A stretch of 53,874 bases of DNA, from NCBI GenBank assembly GCA_001938485.1, contig MQRK01224483.1, forward strand, positions 1 through 53,874. Direction: 5' to 3'. The notes beneath the pieces are model-generated. The model did not search any database. It had not been told where the DNA came from and worked only from the letters and a program-made list of their open reading frames with translations. Position 1 is the stretch's first letter. Each line of letters opens with the position of its first letter. Below, in pieces: positions 38,401-48,288 of the stretch. The position numbers were made by a program, and so were the translations under genes. The DNA is from Girardia tigrina. Its lineage: Eukaryota.

Positions 38401-39904
38401 TACAAAATTAGAATTATTTCGCTTAAAAATAAAAACCTGGTTAAACAGAAACCTCCTAAGGTAAGTACTGCGTAAATCGAGAAATAAGCGTAATTGTGAG
38501 TAAAGAGAGATGGCAACATTTGACATTTGGCTACATATATCGTTCAATCTCCGAAATTAAGCACAAACGGTCGCGTTAGTACATATATGTCGGACTGAAA
38601 TGGAATTCGCAGAGCTATTGACCATTCAAGTCGGGTCAGCTAAGCATATCTGCACCTGGTACCATGTAAACCTGCATTACCTGCCCCATGGTCGGATGTT
38701 TGGCGACTAAACCGGCTTCCTAATACAGAGCAACTTGGTTGAAGATGGTGTGTGGACACCTAACAAGATGAAAAAATAACCTGGCAAACGGCGGAAGAGC
38801 TCCTCAGAGTCAACGGCCATTCATATCTGGAGAAGAAATAGGCGCCACCAGGTTACATTTCTCCTGACACACTCAAAAATACGCTAAAAACCAGTCATAA
38901 GGCTTGTGCGTAACTGAGTGCACCCATGGCCCAATGGCTAAGATCAAAAAGAAGAATTTTAAGAAACATTATCATACACATCCATTCATGTAAGTCTGAA
39001 AATGTCGCCTCTATATGTAAATAGATAAACTTTTTTGTACAAAAGAAAAATTTATTATAATTTGTTTATAATAATTTGTTTCAACTTATAAAAAGTTCAT
39101 CTAAAATTTCATCTGCTAAGTCATCTAAAATATCATTTGAAGGTCTTAGAGGATATTCCGTATTACTGAATTGTTAATTCTATATTTATTCATTCTACTT
39201 CTTAGAGAAGTTGATAGGAAGAACTATCTTATCTCTACGTGTATTTATGGGAAATAAAGAAAATATGTTTATTGTTACACATAAGATTATTTTTTTATAA
39301 ATATTTTCGTCAACCAGCTTCAAATTAATCAAATTAGTCAAAGAATAGAAGGGGTCGCTGAATTCCAAGATTGTAAAACATATCATTAAAACCTTAAAAT
39401 GATAGAGTTTTTTCCTCAATTTATTTGTGAAAAAAGCTTTTAAAACGAACAGAATGTTTTGTGTTCATGTAGGTAATGGACGAACTGAAATACGTTTTAA
39501 ATGAAAAGAAGTATGAAATTCTGAGAACAGGACGAGGAAATTACGTGATGATTTAAAATACTGATTCGAAATTATTGTTTTGGTATAATTTAAATATTAT
39601 TTTCATTTAAATTCCAGATTCAGTCCGGAAAATAAAAAACTCAACAGTCCATATTCGTTTATGCCATTTGGAATGGGTCCGAGGAATTGTGTTGGGATGA
39701 GATTCGCTTTACTCGAAACCAAATGGGCCATTGTCAGTCTTCTACAGAAGTTCGAATTGGTGACTTGTCCAGAAACATTGGTATCATAAAAAGATATTTA
39801 TTTTATATAAATGAATTTATTTTCAGGAAGAGATTAAATTCAAAACAAGCGGACTTACTGCTCCAATAAAACCGATATTGTTGAAGGTTCTTAAACGAGC
39901 ATAA
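11493..39904 (+). CDS. Cytochrome P450, CYP3 clan, paralog 2; complete 11-exon gene, 512 aa
   Basis: Exons 11493-11566, 11614-11763, 11805-11901, 15838-15954, 19426-19511, 22282-22430, 22479-22609, 34099-34350, 36423-36664, 39618-39780 and 39827-39904 are all GT-AG and total 1539 nt in one open frame. Motifs: N-terminal TM anchor, [10 protein letters not shown] hinge, [44 protein letters not shown]. Confidence 0.93.
12690..14720 (+). mobile_element. Degraded mariner split by a nested rosa-type element
   Basis: IVTGDK, FQQDN-like and APSDYYI segments end at 13391 and resume as [11 protein letters not shown] after 14677. Confidence 0.75.
13392..14675 (-). mobile_element. Tc1/mariner rosa-type (DD41D) transposon with perfect 49-bp TIRs and TA TSD
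   Basis: TA|CAGGGTGTCCCAAAAATATGTATACAC...GTGTATACATATTTTTGGGACACCCTG|TA. QDGAPSH...[23 protein letters not shown] gives 41 residues between the second and third Asp. The middle is N-masked. Confidence 0.92.
20258..20440 (+). mobile_element. Partial solo LTR (same family)
   Basis: TGTAATGAATATT start and TTCTCCCACTGAGATGGAAAACTGGTATTTT core matching the 5.8 kb copy. Right boundary uncertain. Confidence 0.55.
20660..22073 (-). mobile_element. Truncated Gypsy-type LTR retrotransposon remnant (probable LTR, gag, protease)
   Basis: Gag-like [22 protein letters not shown], then aspartic protease [17 protein letters not shown]-started, repeat-rich putative LTR lies at about 21850-22073, followed by a TGG PBS-like sequence at 21848. 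Confidence 0.65.
23042..23280 (-). mobile_element. Tc1/rosa-type 3' end fragment
   Basis: TACAAGGTGGCCCA terminus and minus-strand [18 protein letters not shown]. Confidence 0.55.
25303..30422 (-). mobile_element. Full-length Gypsy/Ty3 LTR retrotransposon (degenerate), antisense in intron 7 of CYP paralog 2
   Basis: 5' LTR 30086-30422 (TGTGAGGGATATT...AATATCCTTAATA). PBS TGGCGACCACG. Then gag, protease LLETGA, RT ([17 protein letters not shown]), RNase H (LDTDAS, ELLAI, NADALSR) and integrase ([14 protein letters not shown]..). The 3' LTR end at 25303-25419 matches 30086-30202. Flanks are GTACA and GTACC. Confidence 0.93.
30543..31970 (+). mobile_element. rosa-type transposon with long (about 220 bp) TIR; right end truncated
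   Basis: Transposase from ATG 30961: [34 protein letters not shown]. 30688-30765 is an inverted copy of 31893-31970. Confidence 0.88.
32675..32717 (-). ncRNA. Minimal hammerhead ribozyme (Penelope-associated)
   Basis: Minus strand reads GAT-CTGATGA-T-GACGG-ttaaa-CCGTC-GAAA-TATA-TT-ATC: conserved core, 5-bp stem II, palindromic TATA in place of stem III, and a short stem I (GAT/ATC). Confidence 0.75.
32675..33520 (-). mobile_element. Penelope-like element 3' fragment (RT thumb, GIY-YIG endonuclease, pLTR), in intron 7 of CYP paralog 2
   Basis: ORF 32982-33509 contains [30 protein letters not shown] and [19 protein letters not shown] degraded EALLI..PKINVQ tail and a hammerhead follow downstream. 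Confidence 0.88.
33630..33731 (-). mobile_element. Partial solo LTR (same family)
   Basis: Minus strand TGAGGAATATTTT..GATGTTGATTT..TAGAATGGTGATT matches the 5.7-5.8 kb copy. Confidence 0.45.
34515..35181 (+). mobile_element. Internally deleted mariner (irritans-like)
   Basis: TA-flanked imperfect TIRs. N-terminal [27 protein letters not shown] is joined almost directly to C-terminal [22 protein letters not shown]. Confidence 0.85.
37252..37710 (-). mobile_element. Solo LTR (same family), in intron 9 of CYP paralog 2
   Basis: Begins TGTGAGGGATAA and ends ...GTTCATAATA on the minus strand. Contains the CTCTCCTACTCAGATGG core. Closely matches 43604-44055. No clean TSD. Confidence 0.75.
38608..38956 (+). 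mobile_element. Probable short non-autonomous RTE-related retroposon (SINE-like)
   Basis: GC-richer 350-bp island with hairpins, a GGCGACTAAA motif, a TGGAGAAGAAAT.GC segment reminiscent of RTE 3' ends, and an AAAAAGAAGAA tail. No ORF. Confidence 0.35.
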
Positions 39905-41294
39905 CTAAAATTTTAAATAACTTTTGACTCTAAAATTAATAAAAGTATTGGAACAGAAAATCCAAAAAATAGTTTTTTGTTCATTTTGAATAGGAAAATT
40001 CGTTTAACTTTGTTTATATGATGAATGTTGTTTCAAGCATTATCATTAATTATGTTTGGACATATTTGACAAACCGTATTGGAATCAAACTCAGGATGAA
40101 GATTAGAAAGGATTTTAAAATTTTATTTCAATACAAATTTCTGATTTTTTAAACAAGTTTCCGAGGACCATAATTTTCTATTCACGAACCTTTATAAATG
40201 AATATAGAATATGAATATGAATTCTTTTAAATTTAAATTTAACGATCTCACAATTTTTCAAATTTACACATTAAAAATTTTTATTTTACAGTTCCATAAT
40301 GTTATAAATTTACAAATTTCAATTATAACGTTAAATTAGTTACGTGAGCACAAAAATAGTACAAAAAATTGTGTAGTTACACAAAAAAATAAAAAGAATG
40401 TCACTATATAAACGGAACACCTATAGCTATACTGTAACACTAGATTTCCGAACTGAGCCTATTTGACTCATTTAAAATTATATTGCAATATAAAACTGAA
40501 GTATTATTTTTTTAAATACTTATGATGGTTTTTAGGTTACTCCAATCTTCAAATTCCCTCATTTCGCAAATTTGAAAGTGGTTTACATATTTCTGTGGCC
40601 ATGAGATCACTTGTAGTATTACTCAAATTGGCTTACTTCAGTAAAAATAGGTATATAATCATCCATCGTAAATTTAGTGTTAAAACGCTTTTTCTAAACA
40701 CATTTTATTAAAAAACAAAGCTAAAATAAAAAAAATGATAAAAAAGAAAGTACTAATTAAAATGCCTTCAATTGCAACAGAAATACATTTATATCTTTAA
40801 CAAAATTTTATGGTTTATCTCACTTTCAGTTTCGAAAGACGCTCGTTGGAAGGAAAAACAGAGTATCACTGTGAAGATAAAAAAAAATGAAAATAATATT
40901 AAACTACCAAATATTTTTTACTTTTTTTCTCCAAAGAAACAATAGCAGAAATAATTCTAAAAATGTTTATGGAGATTAAATCCTTTTTTGCACATTAGTT
41001 TAATAAGGAAAACTTTGAGGCTTTATCACTCGTCAAAATGTTTAAAAGCTAATGTGGTCATTTAAAGTTCTAAGGTTGTTTTTCGATTTTCGGATTGTGT
41101 GGATTTTTTGGTAAACTCATAATTTGTTAGACTTTTTAAAATTTAAACTGTTAAATATGTATGCAATGCTTTATTAATTTATATTTATTTATATTTTATA
41201 TTTTATATTATTTTTTTTACATTTCAGGACGATATCAATATTTAAAATTCAGATTTAATCACATAAATAATGATCGTATACAAGATAAATTATA

Positions 41295-42606
41295 AAGGGT
41301 GGGCCAAAAGTAACTCCACATTTTATTCTGTTTAAATTTTTTTTCAGGTTGACTTTTGTTTAAAATTTTTAAATTATTTTATTCCACGGGCCTTGAATTT
41401 TTATCATGCCAAGATACACAACGGAGCAAAGAATATTTATGATCGAATCTTCAATAAAATTCAATAATTCAATTATTTCTGTTCAGCGCGAATTTCAAAA
41501 GCGTTATAAAACTAAAAATGTTCCAGAGAGAAGAACAATTTTAAATATTTTAAATAAATTTTTGACTTCTGGATGTGTGGTAGATTTGCCAAGATTTGGG
41601 CATCCTAAGATTGTGAGATCCGAAGAAAATATCCAAAGCATAAAAGAAAATGTTCAATTCAAACCAAGATTATCGACAAGAAAACGTTCGAGTCATCTGA
41701 ATATTTTGAGGACATCTCTTAGGCGAATTTTAAAAATTGATCTGAAAATGAAAGCCTACAAAATTCAGATCTGACAAAAACTTCAACCGAATGATTTTCA
41801 GAAACGAGTTTATTATTCTGTCAGAATTCTGCAAATGTTGGTCGAAATTACAGATTTCATTGACAAAATGATAATGACTGATGAGGCTCACTTTTGGATG
41901 GACGGGTATATAAATAAGCAAAATTGGAGGTTCTGGGGTTCAGAAAATCCCATGGAGGTTATTGAACGAACTTCAAATCCCCAAAAATGCACAGTGTGGT
42001 GCGGTATTACTTCTGGAGCAATAATTGGGCCTTATTTTTTAGAAGATACTGATGGTCACCAAATCAATGTGAATGGAATAAGATATCTTCAAATGATCAG
42101 AGAGATTATTTTACCATTCATCAAAAATAAACCGGATATGTGGTTCCAACAGGACGGGGCCACATGTCACACTGCAAATGAGACTATGAATTTGCTAAAA
42201 GATAATTTTGTGACAGAATTATTTCAAGACGTGGTAACATTGAGTGGCCTCCAAGATCTGAAGATCTTAACGCACCTAATTTCTTCTTATGTGGTTATCT
42301 AAAAGATTGTGTATACAAAAGAAACCCAAGTTCAATATCAGATCTAAAGAAAATTATAACCGAGGAAATAAGATCGATTAAGCCATCAGTTTTAAACAGG
42401 GTATTGGAAACTGCCATAAAAAGATGTAGAATTTGTATATCGGAAAATGGAAAATGGAAAACACCTAAGTAATGTAATCTTTAAAAGATAAATTAATAAA
42501 ATATAACTTTTAAAGTTTATTTTTGGTTTTATTGTTTGTTAAATTTAATAAAAGGAAAAGAAACTATAGGTTAAATAAATTGTATAGTTACTATTGGCCA
42601 ACCCTT
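41295..42606 (+). mobile_element. Full-length degenerate rosa-type Tc1/mariner transposon
   Basis: TA|AAGGGTGGGCCAAAAGTAACT...AGTTACTATTGGCCAACCCTT|TA. MPRYTTEQR, MTDEAHF..GYINKQNWRFW and QQDGATCH motifs with frameshifts. Confidence 0.92.
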
Positions 42607-43603
42607 TATTTAAAGCTATTTTACAATTGAATATAAAAATTAAAATTAATCAAATATAAAATTATATTAAAAATAAATAAAAAAATAATTCGAATTATGG
42701 TTATCAGAATAAGTTCGATATAAAATATTATTAAAATAACTGTTATTAGAGGTTCTTGGAAACTCGTCAGAATTATTAATATCAGACATTAAAACTTTTA
42801 TTATACCACAAAAAAATGTTTAAATCTAATATTTAAACAAATTTATTTTTTTTAGAAACTANNNNNNNNNNNNNNNNNNNNNNNNNNNNNNNNNNNNNNN
42901 NNNNNNNNNNNNNNNNNNNNNNNNNNNNNNNNNNNNNNNNNNNNNNNNNNNNNNNNNNNNNNNNNNNNNNNNNNNNNNNNNNNNNNNNNNNNNNNNNNNN
43001 NNNNNNNNNNNNNNNNNNNNNNNNNNNNNNNNNNNNNNNNNNNNNNNNNNNNNNNNNNNNNNNNNNNNNNNNNNNNNNNNNNNNNNNNNNNNNNNNNNNN
43101 NNNNNNNNATTTAATATAACTTTCTTTTTTCGAATGTTACATATTTAATTATATAAAAATTTTAATTTGTACATATTTAATATAACTTTCTTTCAAAAAT
43201 TTTCCTTACATTTTTAATTCCTAACAACTGTAATGAGTATAAGTTTAATAAATTCAAAGGTTTAAGAATTAGATCAAAATGAAAAAAAAATCCAGGAAGT
43301 TAAAATTAATATAAACACTCATTAAAACATTTTACAAAAATAGATTGGTAAAATTAGCACGATAATGATATTTTAAAATTGGAATAAATTTGAGATATTG
43401 TGAATTATAAATTTGTAGTAACATAATATAAATTTAAACATTGTAAAGTAATTTCTTGTAGTTAAATTATGTTGACTTTAAAATTTATTTTTAAAAACAA
43501 TCAGATAAAATATTGAAAAGTAATTCTGTAAAATTGCTGTAATTGTAATAAATATAAATTCAATTCGTAAAAATAACAATTTAAATAAATAACATATCAG
43601 TAT

Positions 43604-44055
43604 TATTATTAACAACATCACAATTTGAATGCAAACATTTATTTACAACACAAACAGATTCTTCACAACAATTTTCAGTGGTCATCTTTCTTTGATTAAT
43701 ATAGTTTTTGATTAAACATCTAAATATGAAAAATTAATGAATGGGGAAATATTAATATTACATTTTAATTTCTCATAATTTTTATTGGATAAAAAGACAT
43801 TATGTAATTTTTAAAATAAACATTAATTTTTAAAAATATTAAATTTAATAAGTTAAAATCGTTTACTGAAAATATTATTAAAATTCATAATTATCAAACT
43901 TTAATTAATTAATACTTTAATTTAATATCATTAAAATAATGTCATTAGATTCAAATAATCAATCAATAACATATCAATCCCATCTGAGTAGGAGAGTCAC
44001 AAATCTAAACAGCATAAAAACAACAAACTTACAACATTCACAATTATCCCTCACA
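43604..44055 (-). mobile_element. Solo LTR (same family), close copy of 37252-37710
   Basis: About 450 bp collinear with the 37.3-37.7 kb copy and the same TGTGAGGGATAA terminus. Confidence 0.75.
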
Positions 44056-44564
44056 ATTATAATCCCGTATTTTACGTATGATCAATCTAGTGGAAAGGAA
44101 AACAAAATTTCCTCAACAAAAATTGATTGAATAATTTTTAATTGCAATAGAAATAAAGAATTGTGTTCTTATGAATTCAATTATTGATCACAAACTCAAC
44201 ACGGATAAAAGAAATGAAACTAAAAAATATTTCCAATTCAAAATCAGTTGATGCATAAGTGGACGTTTTAATGAGGATCTTCATGATAGATTGTACAAGC
44301 AGTAAAAATGCAAATCTTTGTGGTTTATAAATTAGAAAGGAAAATAAAAAGACTTTGTGTAATTGTATTAATTCCTTAAACAATGAAAATTATCTTTAAT
44401 TTATAACAAAAATATATAAACTATAAATATAAAATTGACGTAAGTATGTTTTTCTAGTGCAAAACGAAGTAAAATTTTGTCTCTTTGTGCATATTTTATT
44501 ACTAATCTAAATAATTAATGTTCGTGAAGGTTGTATAAAAATGAAGGATGTAGAATGTCCACAT

Positions 44565-45458
44565 TCATCGACTTTGATCGGATCCCGTATGAACTGAATT
44601 TGAGAACAAGTTCAATTTCGATAGAATTAATATTCTCAAGAATTCGTTGTTAATTATAAATATAATCGGACTGATAATTATATTTAAGTATATCATATAA
44701 AGTAAAATATATCCCGAATAGATTCTTGTAAATGTAGAATAAATAGCCGGAATGAGAGAAATGTTGAATAAAACTGTGGAAAAGAATATCACCTTTGCCA
44801 TTTTGATTGTTCCTCGAGAAGAGTCGGACGGATTCTTTTTCACTCGGAACATAAAAAACAAAAATAGACCGATATAACAGGAATAATTTATCAAAACAAG
44901 TAATGTTAGAATGCCAGCATAATATATTCTTATTAACGCGATGCAATTTGTACGAACAACACAATTCAAATAGAGACTAATCGCACAAACGACCAACGAA
45001 ATATTAGCAATTGTAGAAATTGGTGAAAATATAAATAAAAAAACCTTTATAGCCTTTACTTTCCATCTTGTACTGATCGGATCAGTGACAGCCAACAATC
45101 GATCAATTGCCAGTAAAACATAGATCATATTTTGTATGTTGATCATCGAATTTCTGAAACCGATTATAATCTCTATTAATTGATATAATGTATACAATTG
45201 GACAATGAGAGTGACGAGATCTGTGACCAACACAAATGAGTTGAAAAGGTTCGCCACAGACAAAGACTTCATTAAAAATATAAATGTTTCTCTTTTACCA
45301 AGGACTTTAATTTGATAATATTTGTACATGTATAAATTGAATACATTTGTGATCATTCCAATAATAAAAACGGGAAAATAAATATAATATAACGAATTCG
45401 ACGGTATATTTCTGTTCACAAGTTGTATAACACCACAGTAATCATTTGTGTCGTTCAT
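44565..45458 (-). CDS. Intronless divergent rhodopsin-family 7TM GPCR (orphan, chemoreceptor-like)
   Basis: 297-aa ORF with about 7 hydrophobic segments: TM1 FIIGMITNVF, TM2 SLSVANL, TM3 end LAIDRLLAV (DRY-like), TM7 IISPIIF (NPxxY-like). Confidence 0.85.
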   Translation of the reverse strand: MNDTNDYCGVIQLVNRNIPSNSLYYIYFPVFIIGMITNVFNLYMYKYYQIKVLGKRETFIFLMKSLSVANLFNSFVLVTDLVTLIVQLYTLYQLIEIIIGFRNSMINIQNMIYVLLAIDRLLAVTDPISTRWKVKAIKVFLFIFSPISTIANISLVVCAISLYLNCVVRTNCIALIRIYYAGILTLLVLINYSCYIGLFLFFMFRVKKNPSDSSRGTIKMAKVIFFSTVLFNISLIPAIYSTFTRIYSGYILLYMIYLNIIISPIIFIINNEFLRILILSKLNLFSNSVHTGSDQSR

Positions 45459-47206
45459 AATTATTTAATATATAATTATATTTTTCTTCATTTTATAATA
45501 ATTTATGAGCTAATTTATTTGTCGCATCTTTGCTGTTTTGTATGCGTTTTTTATGAAGTTTACAAATGAAATTTAAGTTGAAAAAAACGAATGTTATTTG
45601 ATTAAAATAAATATTGAACTATATAATGTTAAATGTACAAATGGAATTCCATTGTATTTTAAAATAATAACTTACAATCACTATTGAAGATTCCATAAGG
45701 TGTTGAAAAGTTTTTTTTGGTCTTGACTCTTTACATTACTTACTTGTATATTTTTTATTTGTAAAATCTTTCTGCCTTTATTTTCTTTTGGTCGTTCAAC
45801 TATTCATTGTTCATTTAATCCTGCTAGTAATTTACTTCTTGAAGTTGATAGAATTATGAAGCTTTTACAAAACAAAGTCAACTGATAGACCTCAGTAACT
45901 TCACATGAGATTGTTCATCAAATTTGGAGAAAATTTTTAGAAATCATTTCATTTGAGTGTTGCTTTGATTTAAGTTTCGTTTTATAACAAAATAAACTTA
46001 GTCTATTAAAATACCCTGTTCTGGAGAATCTAAAGCATTTAAGAGGCATATTTTTAGTTTCAATAGCATACAAAGATCAAAGCTTTCTTTCAAATCATTC
46101 AAAAATGATTTATAAACTTCAAAATAATTTTTCTATAAATTTAATTATAAATATTCGTACATAAGGATCTCTATTGAAGATATGTAACAGCAAAATGAAT
46201 AAGTCAAATTCTGATAGTGAGACTCTGCAAAAGCGATATATAAAATTTCATATCATAATACCAGGGCCTCTGTTTGGCGAGAGAAACCGACAGTTAATAG
46301 GGTGAACCTAGTAAAGAATTATAATCCATAGTGAGGTACCTTACAAAAAGAAAAATTAGAAGAGATAACGCTGCGAACGTTCTCAAAACCATAGGTTCTG
46401 AGACTTACTTAGAACTGTTATGGTGTTCCTATCAGCAAGAGTAGGATTTGAAAATAATAAGTATTATTATTTTATAAAATTATTTGAAATGCGTCATTTG
46501 GCACAAAAGTCTATAAAAGTAGGATAAATAGAAGTTACATGGATATTAGACATTGTATCGAAAAGAACTATTTTGAGTGACTTGTATACATCACATGTAA
46601 AAAAAGTGAAGAAAAGAATAAACTACATTTTTATGGTACTATATGGAAAATTATTTCGATCGCAAATTATGTTTTGACCACATGTCAGCTTTCTTTGATG
46701 TTATGTTTTTGAAGCACGATTAAAATAAAATAATAAATTTTTAATCACATAAAACTATTATATTTGAAAACCGAATAAAAAAACTACAAAAGAAAACAAA
46801 AATGTTTTTACATAATTTCTAAAAAAATACAATAAAAAATAATAATATAAAAATTAATATTGTAATAAAATAATAAATAATAAACTTGACAAACTGAAGT
46901 TCCAGAATAAAATGAATATTATTGCTTCATAAACATATTTGAATATTGTGATATTTTAACTTTATTGATAAAAAACTTTATAAAAGCATTTTAAAATTTA
47001 TGATTATAGAAAATGTTTTTACATCCTCATCAGAAGTTATTTATTAAAGCACCTTAAATAGAATAAAACATAAAAACGGTTGATACAAGAGCGTACGCAG
47101 CGCGGATGCAGCACCCTGTAGTCGAGGGGGGTGGTGGAGTTTGGGGAATAAAAAATACTTTCTCACTCGTTACATGAAAATTGTCTTCTTTTTGATCAAT
47201 TTCGAA

Positions 47207-48288
47207 TCACTGATCTTTGCTCAAGGAAATCAATTGATCGATTTCACTCGACACTCCGATGTCCATTTTCGTAGTTCGATTATTGCTAAGACCGAGAGAG
47301 TCATTATCCAGGAGAATCGCTCCGTAAAGAAGCCTTAGCAGACTCTTCAGTTGTGGCAGTGATCTATCAGTCAATACACACTGCGCAACGATTGTAGAAC
47401 AAGAACTGACTGTCTGAATACTCTCTTTCTCGAGCTGACCCGGATGAAATCTGCATGTGATCTCACGATGATCAATGATCTCTGGCACGTGACACGTGGT
47501 CCGCTCGTTCCGTGCTCGTTGCCGGTCGCGAGTGACTCGTACATTTTTCCAAAATCGACAATCATCGAAACACATCTCTATTCCATCCAAATAAACCAAA
47601 TCATTGGCGACGTAAATATCAAACTTTCGTTGCAACCATTCGAGGACATCGCGTCTTAACATCACGTTTTGCTTGGTATTAAGAACATTAATTGAGTTTC
47701 CTTTACATTTATTATTATCACAATTTGAATTGTCACTACAACAATTCCCGTAAAACTTGCGTAGCTCGTCATTGTTCTTGATTGATAATCTTTAATAATA
47801 TTCTTTAACGTCTTATTATTCAAACAAATTTAAAATACAATTTAACCATTACAAAAATATTTCATACTTTAAATTAAAATTTAATTATTACAAAAATTAT
47901 TTATAATTGAAATTTAAAATAATTTTTATTTATTTTAAGAAATTATTATTAAAATATTATTTATGAAATATTAGTTTAATTTTAAAGTGATTATTTAACT
48001 TTTAATAATTGATTAAACAACTCGACGTTTTAAAATATTTAAGATTTCAATCTTCCATCTGGCTGGGAGAAACACAATCCTAAAACAACATACCAAACAA
48101 CACACAATAAACACCATTCAAAAATATTCCTCACACTTGGAATTAGAGCTAATCGGAATGACATTATACGAATCGGGACATTGCAAATGCTTGTATAATC
48201 CATAAACTAAACTGGAAACAATATTGTCCATTTCGGACGATTCATTGCCGATAAATAACCAATTTGGTTTATCGGAATTCAAAATCAT
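47207..48288 (-). pseudogene. PRUNE: PRUNE/exopolyphosphatase (DHH family)-like intronless pseudogene interrupted by a solo LTR
   Basis: Removing 47677-48135 and one TSD copy joins MILNSDKPNWLFIGNESSEMDNIVSSLVYGLY..VIPI in frame to ..MLRRDV..EIIDHRE..VSSCSTIVAQ..LLYGAILLDN. This matches the PRUNE motif order GNESCDLDS, EIIDH, GSCxTLV, LLxGxILLD. The DHH motif is degenerate (TRDRQ) and there is a stop at 47207. Confidence 0.8.
47677..48135 (-). mobile_element. Solo LTR (Gypsy, TG...TA family) with perfect 5-bp TSD
   Basis: Minus strand TGTGAGGAATATT...AATGTTCTTAATA. TSD CTTGG at 47672-47676 and 48136-48140. Its removal restores the PRUNE-like frame. Confidence 0.9.

Noticed and set aside
37252-44055. 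The two similar LTRs as ends of one retroelement that captured CYP exons
   Set aside because: No PBS, PPT or shared TSD, and the enclosed exons keep their intron and continue the host gene.
47672-48140. Solo LTR acting as a precisely spliced intron that rescues PRUNE
   Set aside because: GT and AG exist at the ends, but the nearest pairs shift the frame by one or create TGA. The only in-frame option removes six conserved-region codons, and the catalytic motifs are already degenerate.
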